Shown: positions 25,680-38,910 of the stretch, piece after piece
Position numbering within the stretch: position 1 is the first letter of the stretch
How the letters are laid out: each line of letters starts with the position of its first letter
Assembly: GCF_009834535.1 (NCBI RefSeq)
Contig: NC_045697.1
Coordinates: 93,932,001 to 93,996,000 of the forward strand
Direction: 5' to 3'
Length of the DNA: 64,000 nt
DNA from: Camelus ferus
Taxonomy: Eukaryota
Translations under genes and position numbers: made by a program
The notes under the pieces: generated by a model
What the model saw: only the letters and a program-made list of their open reading frames with translations
Told to the model about the DNA's origin: nothing
Databases searched by the model: none

Positions 25680-28600
25680 ATAAAAAAGTATAGCAAATAA
25701 AAATAATTAAAAAAAAAGAAACCATTAAAATAGAAAGAATGACAAAATTAGAAACTAAAATTATTCAATTAAGCCTAGCAAAGGCAGAAAAGAAGAAAAA
25801 AGAATTAAAGAACATAGAAAACAATTAGAAACTATGTAGGAAAAAAAAGATGGATTTTAAACATAGTAATTATATTACATGTAAATAGACTAAATACTCC
25901 AATTAAAAGACAGTAACTGTCAAGATTTTAAAAAAGGAATATATAACTACATGCTTCCCAATGATGCACTTTAAATACAAAGACATGGAAAGGTTAAAAG
26001 TCAAATTACGACAAAGATAAAGCATGCAAATCTAAACTCATAAAGTTAATGTGGATCCATTAGCATCAGACAAACTAGACTTCAGGACAAGAAGTGTAAC
26101 CAGAGATAAAGAAGGTCACTTTATAAAGACAAAACAGCCAGTTGAATATTCTTAAATATGTACTAAATATACAGCATCAAAATTCATGAAAGCAAAATTA
26201 ACAGCACTAAAGTTAAGAAAGGATAAATCTACAATTATAGTGGAGTATTTAACATCTATTTCTCAGCAACTGATAAGGAAGGTAGAAAAAATAAAATGAC
26301 ATAGAAGATCTGAATAACACAATATATTTATAGAACTATAGACATTATAAGAAATATCAGACCATAAAACAAACTAAATAAATTTCAAAGTCTTAAAATC
26401 CTACAGAGTATCTATTATGATCCCAACAAACTTAAACTAGAAATCAAGAAGATACCTAGTTATTTCCTCAAATATCTGGAAAACCAATATACTCCTAAAT
26501 AGCCTATTAATTGAAAAATAAATAATAAGAGAAAATAAAAAATATCTCTAGCTAAATTAGAGCTAAAGTATAATACATAAAAAAAATTAGGGATGAAACT
26601 AAATATGTGAATAGAGGGAAATGTATAGCTTTAAATGCTTATATTACAAAGAAAGAAAGGTTTAAAATCTATGAGCTAAGTTTTCAACTTAAGAAACTAC
26701 AGGAGTAAATTAAAGAAGCTAGAAGATTATATTACAGAAGATATAAGTATAAATTAAACTTGTTTAGAAAAAAAAAGTAACAGCAAAAAACAATGAAATA
26801 GAAAAAAACAAAAAATCAGTGACCAAAGTTAGTTCTTTAAAATGATTAAAATGGAATTGTCAGATATATAGCAAAACTATTCAAGAAAGAATTTTCAACT
26901 TCAGAAATAAAAATTATTACTACATATTATTCCATAAATATAAAGTGTATGGTAACAAATATTACAAATAAGGTTATGGCAATTAGAAGAAATTAGAGGG
27001 AAATTAGAAGAAATGCACAACTACTTGAAATGTACAGCTTGCCAAAACTATCTGAAGAAGAAACAGAAAGACTGAATATGCCTTTATCTTTTTTTAAAGG
27101 AACTTATAATTTAAAAATGTTCCAACAAGAATGCTCAGTTTTACTAGTAAAATCTTACAAATATTTAAACAAACTTACTGATTAAAGAGAAGACTCTCTA
27201 AGTCAATTAATTCTTTTGTCAAAACCTGACAAAGAAATTACTTTAAAAATTTTGGATCAATATCCTTCAAGGATTTAGATAAAAATTCTCAAGAAATATT
27301 AGTAAATTGAATATAGTGATAGATAAAAAAAACTTAATAGAACATGACTAAAGGAATTAAACCTAGGAAGAAAAGGTTGGTTTAACATTTGAAGATCAAC
27401 TGATATAAATCACCGTAGTAAAATATTAAAGGAAAAAAATGCATCATCTACCTAAATGAAGAAGAAGCACTTGCCACCTGCCAAAATTAAATATGTTTTC
27501 TGGATAAAACCTCTCAGCAAATCAGAACTAGAAAATGACTTTCTCATCATTAATGGTGAAATATAAATGTTTATACCCTAAAAAAAAGTACAATTGTTAC
27601 TTTAGCTAGTTCCTTGAAGGCCTTGCCTGTGTAAAATGACAAAAAAAAGATAGAGGGTTTATGAAGATGGAAAAGAAGAAATCCAACTCTCTTTATTTGC
27701 AAATGACATGATTGTAAGGCATGAACATTAACATTAATGAAAAAATTAGTAGGAAGTGGATAGAGCTAGAAATGGAATATAAGGTCTATAAAATGGATCT
27801 TAGATGTAAAGGCTAAAACTAAAAATCTTGTGAAATAAAAGCTAGTAGAATATGTTCATAAGCCTGGCTCAGTAAAACATTTTTATTTACAGGACAAATT
27901 GAACTTATCTAAGAGGAAAAAGAAATTAATTGGACACCATTAGCATTAAAAATACCCTACCCATGAAGATAGCCCATTAAGAAAATGAAAAAGAAAACCA
28001 GTAACTGCAGAGGAAATATTCCGAATACATATCCCTAACAAAGAACTTTCTATAGAAAACATAAAAAGAATTCTTATTAATAAATACTAAAGGGCAAACT
28101 TTATAGTTGTAAAATGAGTAAACACTCTAGGAAACACTCCAAAAGAGATGTGTGACTGTCCCACAAAGAAACAGAAAGGTATTTAAAGCATTTACGTATC
28201 AGGAAAATGCAAACTAAAATCATAATGAGACTCTATGTCACACTCACTAGGACAGTGCAAATAAAAAGACATCAGAACTAGGATGTGTAGTGACTGTAAC
28301 TCCAATATACTACTGGTAGGTGTATAAAATGATTCAAATACTATAAAATCCTATTTATCAGTTACAAAGTAAAAATAAGCCTACCTGTGACTTAACAATT
28401 CCAGCTACCCAAAAGAAGTAAAAATATGTATACAATAACTGTTAATTTATCTTTATTCATTTAACCAAAAAACTGGGAGAAAATACAAAATGTTCACTAA
28501 CAATTGAATGAATAAACAGACTGTGATAAATTTATTTTATCAAAAAGTAATCAACAATCAAAGAAACTATTTATTAATTCATAAAACAAATGAATCAACA

Positions 28601-28910
28601 TCAAAAACATACTGTTAAATATAAAAGCCAAAACAAGAGTACATACTGTATATTCATTTGTTTGATGATATCCTAGATCAGTTAATCTAATCTATAGAGC
28701 TAAAAATCAGTAGAGTGCTTGTCTCTGTGTGGTGGGTAGAGTTTGATTGGAGAACATGGACGAATTTTCTGGGATGACCGAAATGTTCAAAATCTTGATT
28801 TGGGTGTATGAGTTACATGAAAAATCTGATTTGGAAAACTTATTGAACTTCATATGATACATACTATTTTACGTAAATTTTATTTCAATTAGAAAGAGTT
28901 GGAGAAAAAA
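25680..28910 (+). mobile_element. Old L1 (L1ME-like), decayed ORF2 and 3' end
   Basis: Colinear L1 ORF2 landmarks: 'gtaaatagactaaatactccaattaaaagaca', 'aggttggtttaacatttgaagatcaa', 'ctctctttatttgcaaatgacatgattgt' (FADD region), 'aggaaaatgcaaactaaaatcataatgaga'; many disabling mutations. Confidence 0.85.
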
Positions 28911-28919
28911 AAAGAACTG

Positions 28920-31705
28920 GCAAAAAATGAAATGAATACTTACCATATGACTCAGCAATTCCATTTTTAGGAGCCTCTTGTGTGAATTAGAAACTTATGT
29001 TGACACAAAATCTGTACACAAAAGTTTATACCAGCTTTATTTATAACAAGCAAAACCTGGAGACAACCCAAATATCCTTCAACAGATGAATGGATAAACA
29101 AACTGGATAACATTCATACTATTGAATGCTACTCAGCAATACAAGAAGAATAAACTATTGATTTATGCAACAAGGTGAATAAATCGTAAGTGCATTTTGT
29201 GAAGTGAAAGAAGTCAGCTCCCGAAGGCTACATATTGTATGATTTCATTTATACGACATTCTGGAATAAGCAAAGCAACAGGAGTAGGAAATAGATCAAT
29301 GATTGTCAGGAAGAGGGGTAGAGGGAGAGGCTATCAACAAAGGGGCAGCATTTGGGGATGATAGAATTGTTTTGTATTGTACTTGTGGTAGATACATGAC
29401 TATGCTTTTGTCAAAACCCATAGAACTCTACCGACAGTGAATTTTCCTACACGCACATTTAAAATTGACAACAACAGAAGCCGTGGTATCGGGGATCCCA
29501 CAATGGAATGCAAACTATATAAGAATGAATTCAATCATATTAAAAATAAATGATATAACCAAATTGAAGGAAGTGAGTAAAAAAGCTGATGTCTGTACTT
29601 TGGAAAACAGTGTTCTGAATGGACAGTGCAAAGATAAAGACAAAGAGAACTGTATAACAACACTGCACACTAGGTAGTAAATTTCTTTCATGTAGGGCTT
29701 TGAGTCAGCAATTCTGAAACTACATGTATATTAGGGTTGCAGAAATAAGTAAATACACTGTAGACAATAAGAGCAAATTTTCTTACTGTTGGAGAAACAA
29801 GTTTCAAAAAAAGGAAAGGGGACTGACAGAATGAACCCTATGGTGCTGCACTGTAGCCAAATATCAGCTCGAACTCAAGTTCTGTGTGTGTGTATCACAT
29901 ATTATTCTTGCGTATGTGATATGTATTGTATATTATATATTTTATATATGCACACACATGCAGATTGGTACAGAAATAAATGTGGAACTCTATGTATACA
30001 TGGGTTAGTACATGTACACATGCTTCCTAGCTCTGTCTACTGAGTAGGCCCAGAAGTGATGACGCCCCAATAATAAAGAGTGTATCTAGTATATTTATAC
30101 AATGGAATACTACTCAGCCATAAAAACCGACAACATAATGCCATTTGCAGCAACATGGATGCTCCTGGAGAATGTCATTCTAAGTGAAGTAAGCCAGAAA
30201 GAGAAAGAAAAATACCATATGAGATTGCTCATATGTGGAATCTAAAAAACAAAAACAAAAACAAACAAACAAAAACAAAGCGTAAATAAAGGACAGAAAT
30301 AGACTCACAGACAGAGAATACAGACTTGTAGTTACCAGGGGGGTGGAGGGTGGGAAGGGATAGACTGGGATTTCAAAATTGTAGAATAGACTACACTGTA
30401 TAGCACAGGGAAATATACACAAAATGTTATGATAACTCACAGAGAAAAAAATGTGACAATGAGTGTGTATATGTCCATGAATAACTGAAAAATGGTGCTG
30501 AACACTGGAATTTGACACAACATTGTAAAATGATTATAAATCAATAAAAAAATGTTTAAAAAAAAAGTTACTATTAAAAATAAAAAAATAAAAAAATAAA
30601 AAAAAGAGTGTATCTAGCACCAGAATAACAATTTCTGGACACTCTCCAATACAATGAACAAAGGATCCTTGGGAAAATAGTTGACATTTCTTCCAAGACT
30701 GGGGAAGATGAGTCTGGAGCAACTTGTGTGAGATGATAAAAAAGTGCTAACAACAACAAGATGGTAGCACGTCAAAAGGAGCACACAAGAAACAGATGGA
30801 AAGTGCCCCCAGGTGCGAAGCTCAAACAATTTGAAAAGCAAAGTAAATGATGTTAGTATTGGTTTCAGAGTAAAGAATAAAATAAATATCCATGAGTTCA
30901 TATACTGATATAAATAACTGATTGAAAAAATAAATACATGGGTGAGAAGGACAACTCTCCAATTTAGAAATGTGGAATGAATGAGGAAATAGAAAATCAC
31001 TATTAGAGCAAGACAGTCATTTGCAAGATGCACTGATGAATGGTAAAATAAGTGGCTGTAAGGTTCAGGCAAAGCGGACTACTGACATAGTGTCAATGTT
31101 AACTCTCCATAATATTTATTAATTACAAATAAGGGGAGGACTTACAGTATAGAAACCTGGCAGATATCACCTCATTCAAGTGATCAAGATTAACATCACA
31201 AGTAGAAAGCTACAATAATACAGTGTTCCCTTGGATATGATGTAAAGGACAATTCACCCCTGTGGTAGTCTTCCCCCAAATTCACCACCTTAGTTGAATA
31301 AGAAAATTGTAAGACAACCAAAGCTGTAGGGCGTTCTACAAAATTCTACAGAACTCCTGACTAGCAATCTTTAATTTCCAAGTCATGAAAGACAAGAAAA
31401 ACTGAGAAACCATTACAGATTGGAAGTGTCTTAAAGAAAAGAGAAAACTGAACATAATTATGTAGGCCCTGAATTGAATCATGGAATAAGAAAAAATTTG
31501 TATTAGTGGAAAAACTGGTGAAATCCACATAAAGTCTACAGTTTAGTTAATAATATACCAATGCCAATCTCTTAGTTCTGGCAAATGTGCCCTGGTTACA
31601 CAAGATGTTAATATTAGGAGAAACTGAATTAAAAGTATACAAGAATTCTCTATATTATCTTCAGTGCTCTTGTGAATCTAAAATTATTTCAAAATTAAAG
31701 TTAAA
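28920..31705 (+). mobile_element. Old L1 3' end with long 3' UTR (L1MC3/4-like), interrupted by a younger L1
   Basis: 'ttaccatatgactcagcaattcc', 'caagtgatcaagattaacatcac', 'aaactggtgaaatc', terminus 'tctaaaattatttcaaaattaaagtt'. Confidence 0.8.
30090..30602 (+). mobile_element. Young 5'-truncated camelid L1 3' end
   Basis: Perfect 15-bp TSD aaagagtgtatctag (30075-30089 and 30603-30617); AATAAA and patterned A tail; near-consensus L1 3' sequence. Confidence 0.95.
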
Positions 31706-31944
31706 ATATTAAATTAGAATTTTTGAGTCTTTGTGTACATTTCAGAAATGTGAAAAGGCTATGGGGATTATCTACTCTTCCAAAATTTTCTTAAGTTATC
31801 TTGCAAGGTAGGCTGTGGCTGGCACATATGTGAGAGATCCCATTTTAATAAAAAATTCAATTAGAATTAAAAAATGGATATTAAAAGACTGGCCCTCTAC
31901 TACTAACCTACATTCTCACTTCCCAGTCATTGTTCGATCTCTTT

Positions 31945-32115
31945 AAATGCTTTTACAGCTTTATTGAGTATAATTGGTATGTAATAAATTGCACATAATT
32001 AACATACACTGTTTGGTAAGTACTGATACTTGTACAAACATAAGGAAACATCACCGTAATCAAGAAAGTGAACATATGCATCATCTCCAAACATTTCTTC
32101 ATATCTCTTAGTAAT
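31945..32115 (-). mobile_element. Old L1 extreme 3' end
   Basis: 'ttttacagctttattgagtataattg..atgtaataaattgcacata...catcaccgtaatcaaga'. Confidence 0.75.
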
Positions 32116-32869
32116 GTTTTTGCTCGTAGATTCTCCTCTGCTTATAACATTCAAATCCTGGTTTTGACTGACTAGATCCTAGACCTTAAGGTCTCACCTT
32201 GAGTTCCCTCATTCAAAAAGCTTTCCTTAATTAGTCTCACTCCACAATCGGATTTCTGTATATCCTAATTTCACTTACCTTACTACATTACATCATAACT
32301 ATGTGTCTGTGGCAATTGTTCCCAGATTAGAAGGTGATATTGATGGCGGAAGAAATTTTGTTTCACCACTGGATCCACAGACCTTAATACAGATTAGCTG
32401 CTAAACAGACATTCACCAAATTATATAATTCCATGTTTTTGTACCCTTTGCAGAAGCACACCCTATGCTTCTAACTGTTAAAATATTTCATTTCAGACAA
32501 TATTATTGGACAAATGAAATCACCATCCTTGTTACGACTCAAGAGGTCTATGAAATAACATGATTGTCTTTTTAAATTAAAAGCCACTGATGTGTGTATT
32601 TAATTACTTTGGTTAATCAAAACATTCTTAAAACATTCCTAAAAATGTGACTGTTATGAGTTCAGTGCCTCTGCTATTCCAAAACTCTCTTAATGACTTC
32701 CAAATACAGCTTGTGTGTTTATTCTCTTTGCTGCATATGGTTGCTTTATAGTATATATGTTCTCCATCAATGATTAAGAACTTTACATGTAAATTTATAT
32801 GAGATTATATATTATATTTTGGTACATCTCATGATCAGAACTATAGTAAATCGACAATTACAGCAATGA

Positions 32870-33350
32870 AAGTTATTTGGTATAAGTATATCCAAGGCAC
32901 TCTGTTATGCAGTATCTCAACTAATTTTTTTCAAAAACCTATTAATTAGGCTTTATTACTCCCTTTTACTGATAAGCTGAAACTTAGAAAAGAAAATCAT
33001 GAGGAGTCGAAATGGTTACCTTGTGAAAATATCTTTTAAACTATGGACTAAATTAAGTCATTTTCACTCCTACTCACCTCACCAAGTTATCATCTCTACT
33101 CAGTGCAACATCTACCAGGCACAGGGGCCAGACTGTTTGAGTTACATCATATAATAAAGCAGTTCGAAAACAATAACTTACACATTTGCAGCCGTTTACA
33201 ATTTTCAATATACTCTGACAAACATTACCACTTCAAAACCCTGAAGTAGTTAAGGCAGATTTATGTCTCTGCTGTGCAGTTAAGGAAACAGCAGTTCAGT
33301 GACATGAAATGACTAGCCAAGGTCACAAGTCAACCTACTCCTGAACCTGG
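32870..33350 (-). mobile_element. Two decayed MIR copies (~32870-33070 and ~33170-33350)
   Basis: 'cccttttactgataagctgaaacttaga' and 'ttaaggaaacagcagttcagtgacatgaaatgactagccaaggtcaca'. Confidence 0.55.
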
Positions 33351-34975
33351 AACAGTGGGAATTCTCCCTCTGGTCTTCCTGTTTCCTCTGTTTCCTTCCT
33401 GTTTCCTCCTCAATGTTTACTCTGGCCTCATGGCATTTACACTCATGTTTCCACGGCCCTAAATTCTTTCATTCCGTATATTTTAATGGCACATTTCCTT
33501 TCCTCATTATAATCTGGTCTTCAAGACCCCCCTTCCAAAATATCTACTCATTTTTTCAACCCCCAAAATCTTACTATTTATAGAAGTTTTTATCATAGAA
33601 GTTTTTGCCTATAAATCATAATACACAATAGAATAGGACTGAACCCTGGAGCCTAAAACAATACCTGGTAAAATCTATCTTTATACAAAAGAATCAGTAA
33701 TTACAGTAATAAATCATTTTTCTTCAAATTTATTGACCATTACATGTAGGTTTAGTTTTAACTGAAGAAACAATTTAAGAATATGTTGAATGATTTCTGC
33801 ATTTTACATTATTGTGATACACTTTGATTATATATACACCAAGACTTTGTGATTATATATTAAAATAAACTAGTCACTCATTCAGTAATTGATTAATTAA
33901 TGATTTCAGTGTGATAGTAAAGTACTGGCTGTTACTGTCATTAAGAAATGTTAGTACATTTAATTCTGGTTTTTAAACCAAAAAATATATAGTGCTTCTT
34001 TTTACTTTTTATAAATTAAACAGTTAATAATATCTATTAAAATTTGAATTCCCTAAAATCACGTAAGTATGTAATTTTTAAAATGTGTTGGAATGTCAAT
34101 ATGTCAACCTTGAAAAGTTAAACCATAATACTAATATCAACATTAGCATAATCTAGTTATTTCACTAATTTTGTCTATTCATCAGTTGATGGACTTTGAG
34201 CTACACATGGTTTATAGCAGTGACTGACAGTCAAACATTAGCTGTTTCTCTTCAGAATTATGTGCCTTAATAATTCTTTACTAATTTTGATGAGACTTCT
34301 TTAGATATTTTATGTTGTATCATTTTTAGATTAAAAACTTCATTAGAATGTCCTTCTGGCATTTCGACTAGAAGTAAATTATATACAGACTCCTAAAAAA
34401 TAACTACACTGCTCTGCAAATCAACTGATCGTGACAAATTAATACCACCATTAAATCTTATAATGCAACACAAATTTGGGTTAGGCTGAAAAAATATTCA
34501 AGTTTCATTTGATACACTTTTTAAAATATTTAAGAGTTTCATTTGAAATATTAATTGTATAGTTTTTATAGTTTCAAAAGGCAAATCCAAGAGAGCTAAG
34601 TAGTCTGTTGTACAATTTCTAATTACAAGGAAAGGATTATTTTAATCATCATGAATTTTAGTCCTTCGAAAGAAGTACAGCTTATAATACTTCTGATAAC
34701 ATAATAGACATACAAAGTATTTTTATAATTATCATGTTATATTTATATTTTTATTTGCATACCTATATTGCTAAATGGCAAAGTTTTAATATGGAAACCA
34801 ATTCACAATTTACAAGTCTTATATTAAAAATGATTGCTTTGGAAAAGAACAGAGGTAATAAAATTTAGTAAGTTGGAAATTCAAATAAAATAAATGCTAA
34901 TTTTATTTCATTTTTTACTTTCTTTGATTTAGCACTTAAACAGTGTGGGCTTCTGTTTCACTCTCTGCATGTAGA

Positions 34976-35106
34976 AGGTGACTCTATGTTCAGGTCTGCC
35001 CACGGTAGTTACAGCTTATGATTGTTGCCTTGGTCTGATCGTTCCCCATACTCCCACTCACTTTCAAAACTGTCTTAGTAATGACAACAAATTCTACGAT
35101 CATACT
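34976..35106. mobile_element. MER94-like hAT-Blackjack MITE
   Basis: ~130 bp; starts aggtgact; internal 'tcactttcaaaactgtc...gacaacaaattctacgatca' resembles the MER94 consensus in reverse. Confidence 0.5.
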
Positions 35107-35374
35107 ATACTTTGGGAAAACTATGGTGTTGCAGGAAATGTTAATTGATATAAATGATCTCAATTTTCTTAATAATGATAAAAATTAAGTCATTTGCTTA
35201 CTTAGAGATATATTCTATCTGTTATTTACTAAATTAAATATTGTGGAACACAGATACACAATCATAATTAATGTGAGTATTGTAAATACTGCAATGTGAA
35301 TATAGTCAAGATTGTATTCATGTAGATTTAAGTTATAGAAACATTTAATAAATTTTAATTTGTATGTTTTTCTT

Positions 35375-35478
35375 TTTCTATTTTTATTTGTGGTAAAATA
35401 TACATAGCATAATTTATCATCTTAGCCAGTTTTAGGTGTACAGTTCAGTAATGTTAAGTTTATTTACATTATTGTACT
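35375..35478 (-). mobile_element. L1 extreme 3' end fragment (L1MB-like)
   Basis: 'ttgtggtaaaatatacatagcataatttatcatcttagcc..ttttaggtgtacagttcagt'. Confidence 0.75.
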
Positions 35479-35984
35479 TGATTTACATTTAAAGAATGTA
35501 CAAGTAATGAATCAATGCACCCTAAAAATCATAACCAAACAGAACTTAAACAGAATTACAAAATAGGTAAAGGGTGGTCCCTGGGTACTACAGACAAACA
35601 AGACCTTCTGAGACACAGAAATCCAACAAGCCTGGCACTGTGCCTGGAAACTGATCAAGTAATAATTATCTATGTATCTGTACTTGGATCAGAATGGTTA
35701 AGTAGTTTGGTTGTAGTCACACAGTGGATAAAATAAAAATTGACCTAGTTTGTTCTGATTCTAAAGACCTGATATTTTTTACCTGTGTTAGCTTTTACTC
35801 AGGAAACATGCATCACTAAAGGAATATAATTTTTGAGAAACACATATCAAATTTTTCTGTGAAAGACCTGGGCCACAAAAGACAGTTACATCCATAACTA
35901 AGTCTCTGTAAACAAATGTTTTCAGAATTGATTGCCTTTTTTGTTTCGGATAATAGCTAAAGGTGCCATTTTTAAAGCACATAA

Positions 35985-36425
35985 TATATAGAGTCCAACT
36001 CTTTGAATTCATGTTCTCTATTTGAAGGCAACTAGCTATGTGGACTTAAGGTAAGCAAGCCCCTGAATTCTTACAGCCTCAGTTCCCCCACCTGAATAGT
36101 CACTCTTCACTTGGAAATGGAGATACGGAGAAAACAGTAATACTTATCAAAAACTTTTGAGACTCAAACCCCTTTTCATGATATAGTTCTTTGCAGTTTA
36201 TTAACAGATCTTTGGAATCACACTAGCTAGGTTCAAAATTCAGTTCAAATACTTTTAAGTTCATTAATTCTAGCATAACACTCAACTTAGTGCTTTAGGG
36301 TCCTCGTTTGTAAAAATGGAAATAATTATAACACTCATGCTGTAAGGTTATTGTGAGGATTAGATGAATTACGTATAAGGTATTTAGAACAATGTCTGCC
36401 ATATAATTAGTGCTCAAAATGCATG
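35985..36425 (+). mobile_element. Two tandem MIR copies
   Basis: 'actagctatgtggacttaaggtaag...gcctcagttcccccacctg' and 'tgtaaaaatggaaataat...ggttattgtgaggattagatga...ttagaacaatgtctgcc'. Confidence 0.7.
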
Positions 36426-36499
36426 AGCCTTTATTGTGATAACTTTCTTTCATTTTTCTAGTTACAATAATGTCAGCCGCAATTAAAAATTCAGTGTTC

Positions 36500-38090
36500 A
36501 CTCATCCTTCTCTCTAGTTCATTAAGCATCTTTATGACCATTACTTTGAACTCTTTATCAGGTAAATCACTTATCTCCATTTTATTACAGTTTTTTTCCT
36601 GAGGCTTTACTTTATCTTGTTCTTTCAATTGGAACGTATTTCTCTCTCTCCTTTTTTTATTTTTAATTTTACTTGACTTTTTATGTTAGTTTCTGCATAG
36701 CAGATAAGCCTCATGTAGGTGAACCTTTGAGGATCAGCCCTGCACCAGCCCTTGGTTGGCTCTCACACTTGTCCAAGCAGCTGACTATATTTTTATCTCC
36801 TAGTAGTTGAGCTGCTAGTGTCCCAGAGGTGAGATTCTCAGCACCTAGATTCAGCGAACTGGAAGCCAGACCCTCAGGAAACAGCTCTTAAAAGTATGCA
36901 AAAGAAAATCTCCAACTCCCAGTTTATCCCTTTCTACCTCCTTGCCCTTCTAGTAACCACAAGTTCATTTTCTATGTCTGTGAGTCTGTTTCTATTTTGA
37001 AAATAAGTTCTTTTGTGTCTTTTTTTTAAGATTCTGCATATAAATGATATTATAAGGTATTTTTCTTTCTTTTTCTGAGTTACCTCACTCAGAATGATGA
37101 TCTGGGAGTTCGAGATTTGCAGATAATAACTATTGTACATAAAATAGATAAACAATAAGTTTATCCTGTATAGCACAGGGAATTATATTTCAATATCTTG
37201 TAGTAATCTATAATGAAAAAGAATATGAAAAGGAATATATGTTTGTATATGTACAACTGAAACACCGTGCTGTACACCAGAAATTGACACATTGTAAACT
37301 GACTATATACTTCAATGAAAAAAAAATATGCAAAAGTACTCAGTCCTGAGGGGCCACAAAAGTAAGCCCACTGGCCACCAGAGCCAATCGGGAGGTGTCC
37401 CCTGAAAGGCAATCACAAAAATTGGGCCTCCAGATGAAGTGTATGAGCCCCTTTCTGGGAGATACTAGTAAGCTGAAACAAGGTGGAAGGAGAGCACCAA
37501 GACGGTGTCCACAGCCCATGATCTGTAAAAGCAGCTCCACAAGCCACTAATTGTGCGCCAAACCTAAAGCCTGCCCCTCAGATCACAGCTCCAGGACAAG
37601 CAAAGAGGCCTCCTTTACAGAAGACTGGGAGGTGTGCCTCAGTCTGCTGTCTGCATGGAGCCCTAAGGGTGGTAGCCTGCCAAGAATTATCTCTCCAGTT
37701 AACATAGTCCCATGGGATCCAGGGATGCAAGACCCTCTGGCCACCAGGCTGGTCAAGGGGTGTCCTTTGGATGTCAGCCCTCCAAAACGAGCACCGGACC
37801 ATTTAAAGCTCCCCTCCAGCAGACACTGGCTCTCTAGAGTGTGGCAGATATGAGTAAGTATGACAGCACCTGCCCCCTAAGGTCTCTGGCAAGGATTACA
37901 GTCAGCCCCTAGATGCATGGCTAATTACAAGTCTGCCTTTCAGGCCACAGGCATGATGATTAGCTAATAGGTCTCCTTCACAGTAAGACCAAGCCCCTGT
38001 GTCTGTTGCATGTTTCTGTGCCCTGGGAGTGGTAGCTGCTTAAGAACTCTTTCTCTGTTGATTGTAATCCTATGGGACCCACCAGCACGG
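36500..38090 (-). mobile_element. Older L1 5' UTR and ORF1 start (antisense), interrupted by a young inverted L1
   Basis: 'gttcattaagcatctttatgaccattactttgaactctttatcaggta' is antisense of an L1 ORF1 N-terminal region; a GC-richer segment with repeated monomers follows. Confidence 0.65.
36905..37321 (+). mobile_element. Young L1 3' end with 5' inversion (36905-~37100 antisense, ~37102-37321 sense)
   Basis: TSD aaaagtatgcaaaag 36890-36904 / aaaaatatgcaaaag 37322-37336; both halves align to adjacent parts of the L1 3' UTR seen at ~20700-21060. Confidence 0.9.
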
Positions 38091-38094
38091 ACAA

Positions 38095-38910
38095 TCATAA
38101 GCAAAAGAATGAAACTGGGCCACTGTCTTACACTACAGACAAAAATTATCTCAAGATGGATTAAAGACTTGAACATAAGACTTGAAAGCATAAAACTCCT
38201 AGAAGAATATATAGCCAGTTAGCTCCTTGACATAGGTCTCGGTGATGAGTTTTTGAATCTGACATCAAAAACAAAAGCAAGAAAAGCAAAAATAAACAAG
38301 TGGGACTACATCAGACTAAAAAACTTCTGCACAGCAAAGGAAATCATCAATAAAACAAAAAAGTATCCTGATGAATGGTAGAAAATATTTTCAAATTATA
38401 TATCTGATAAGAAGCTAATATCCAAAGCATATAAAGAACTCATAAACTCAATAGCAAAAAAAGAAACAATCCAATTAAAAAATGGGCAGAAGATCTGAAT
38501 AGACATTTTTTTCCAAGAAGTCGTAATAATGGTCAGTAGGCACATGAAAAGATGCTCTACATCATTAATCATCAGGGAAATAAAAATCAAAACCACAATG
38601 AGGTATTACCTCATGCCTTTTAGAATGGCTGTTATCAAAAAGAGTGGAAATAACAAGTGTTGATGAGGATGTAGGAGAGAAAGGAACCCTTGTGCACTGC
38701 TGGTGAATCTGGGAATTGTGCAGCCACCAAGGAAAACAGTATGGAGGTTCCTCAAAAATAACTGAAAACAGAACTACCATATGATCCAGCAATTCCACTT
38801 CTGGGTATTTATCCAAAGAAAACAAAAACACTAACTTGAAAAGATATCTGCATTCTCATGTTCCTGGCAGCATTATTTACGGCAGTCAAGATATGAAAAC
38901 AACCTGTGTC
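38095..38910 (+). mobile_element. L1 ORF2 C-terminal fragment (L1MA-like)
   Basis: 'gcaaaagaatgaaactgg...tggattaaagacttgaacataagac...cttctgcacagcaaaggaaa...gaactaccatatgatccagcaattccacttctgggtattta'. Confidence 0.9.

Noticed and set aside
30614..31072. Longest ORF in the track (152 aa, hydrophobic)
   Set aside because: Antisense to an A-rich old L1 3' UTR; the F/L/I richness reflects base composition and no domain is recognisable
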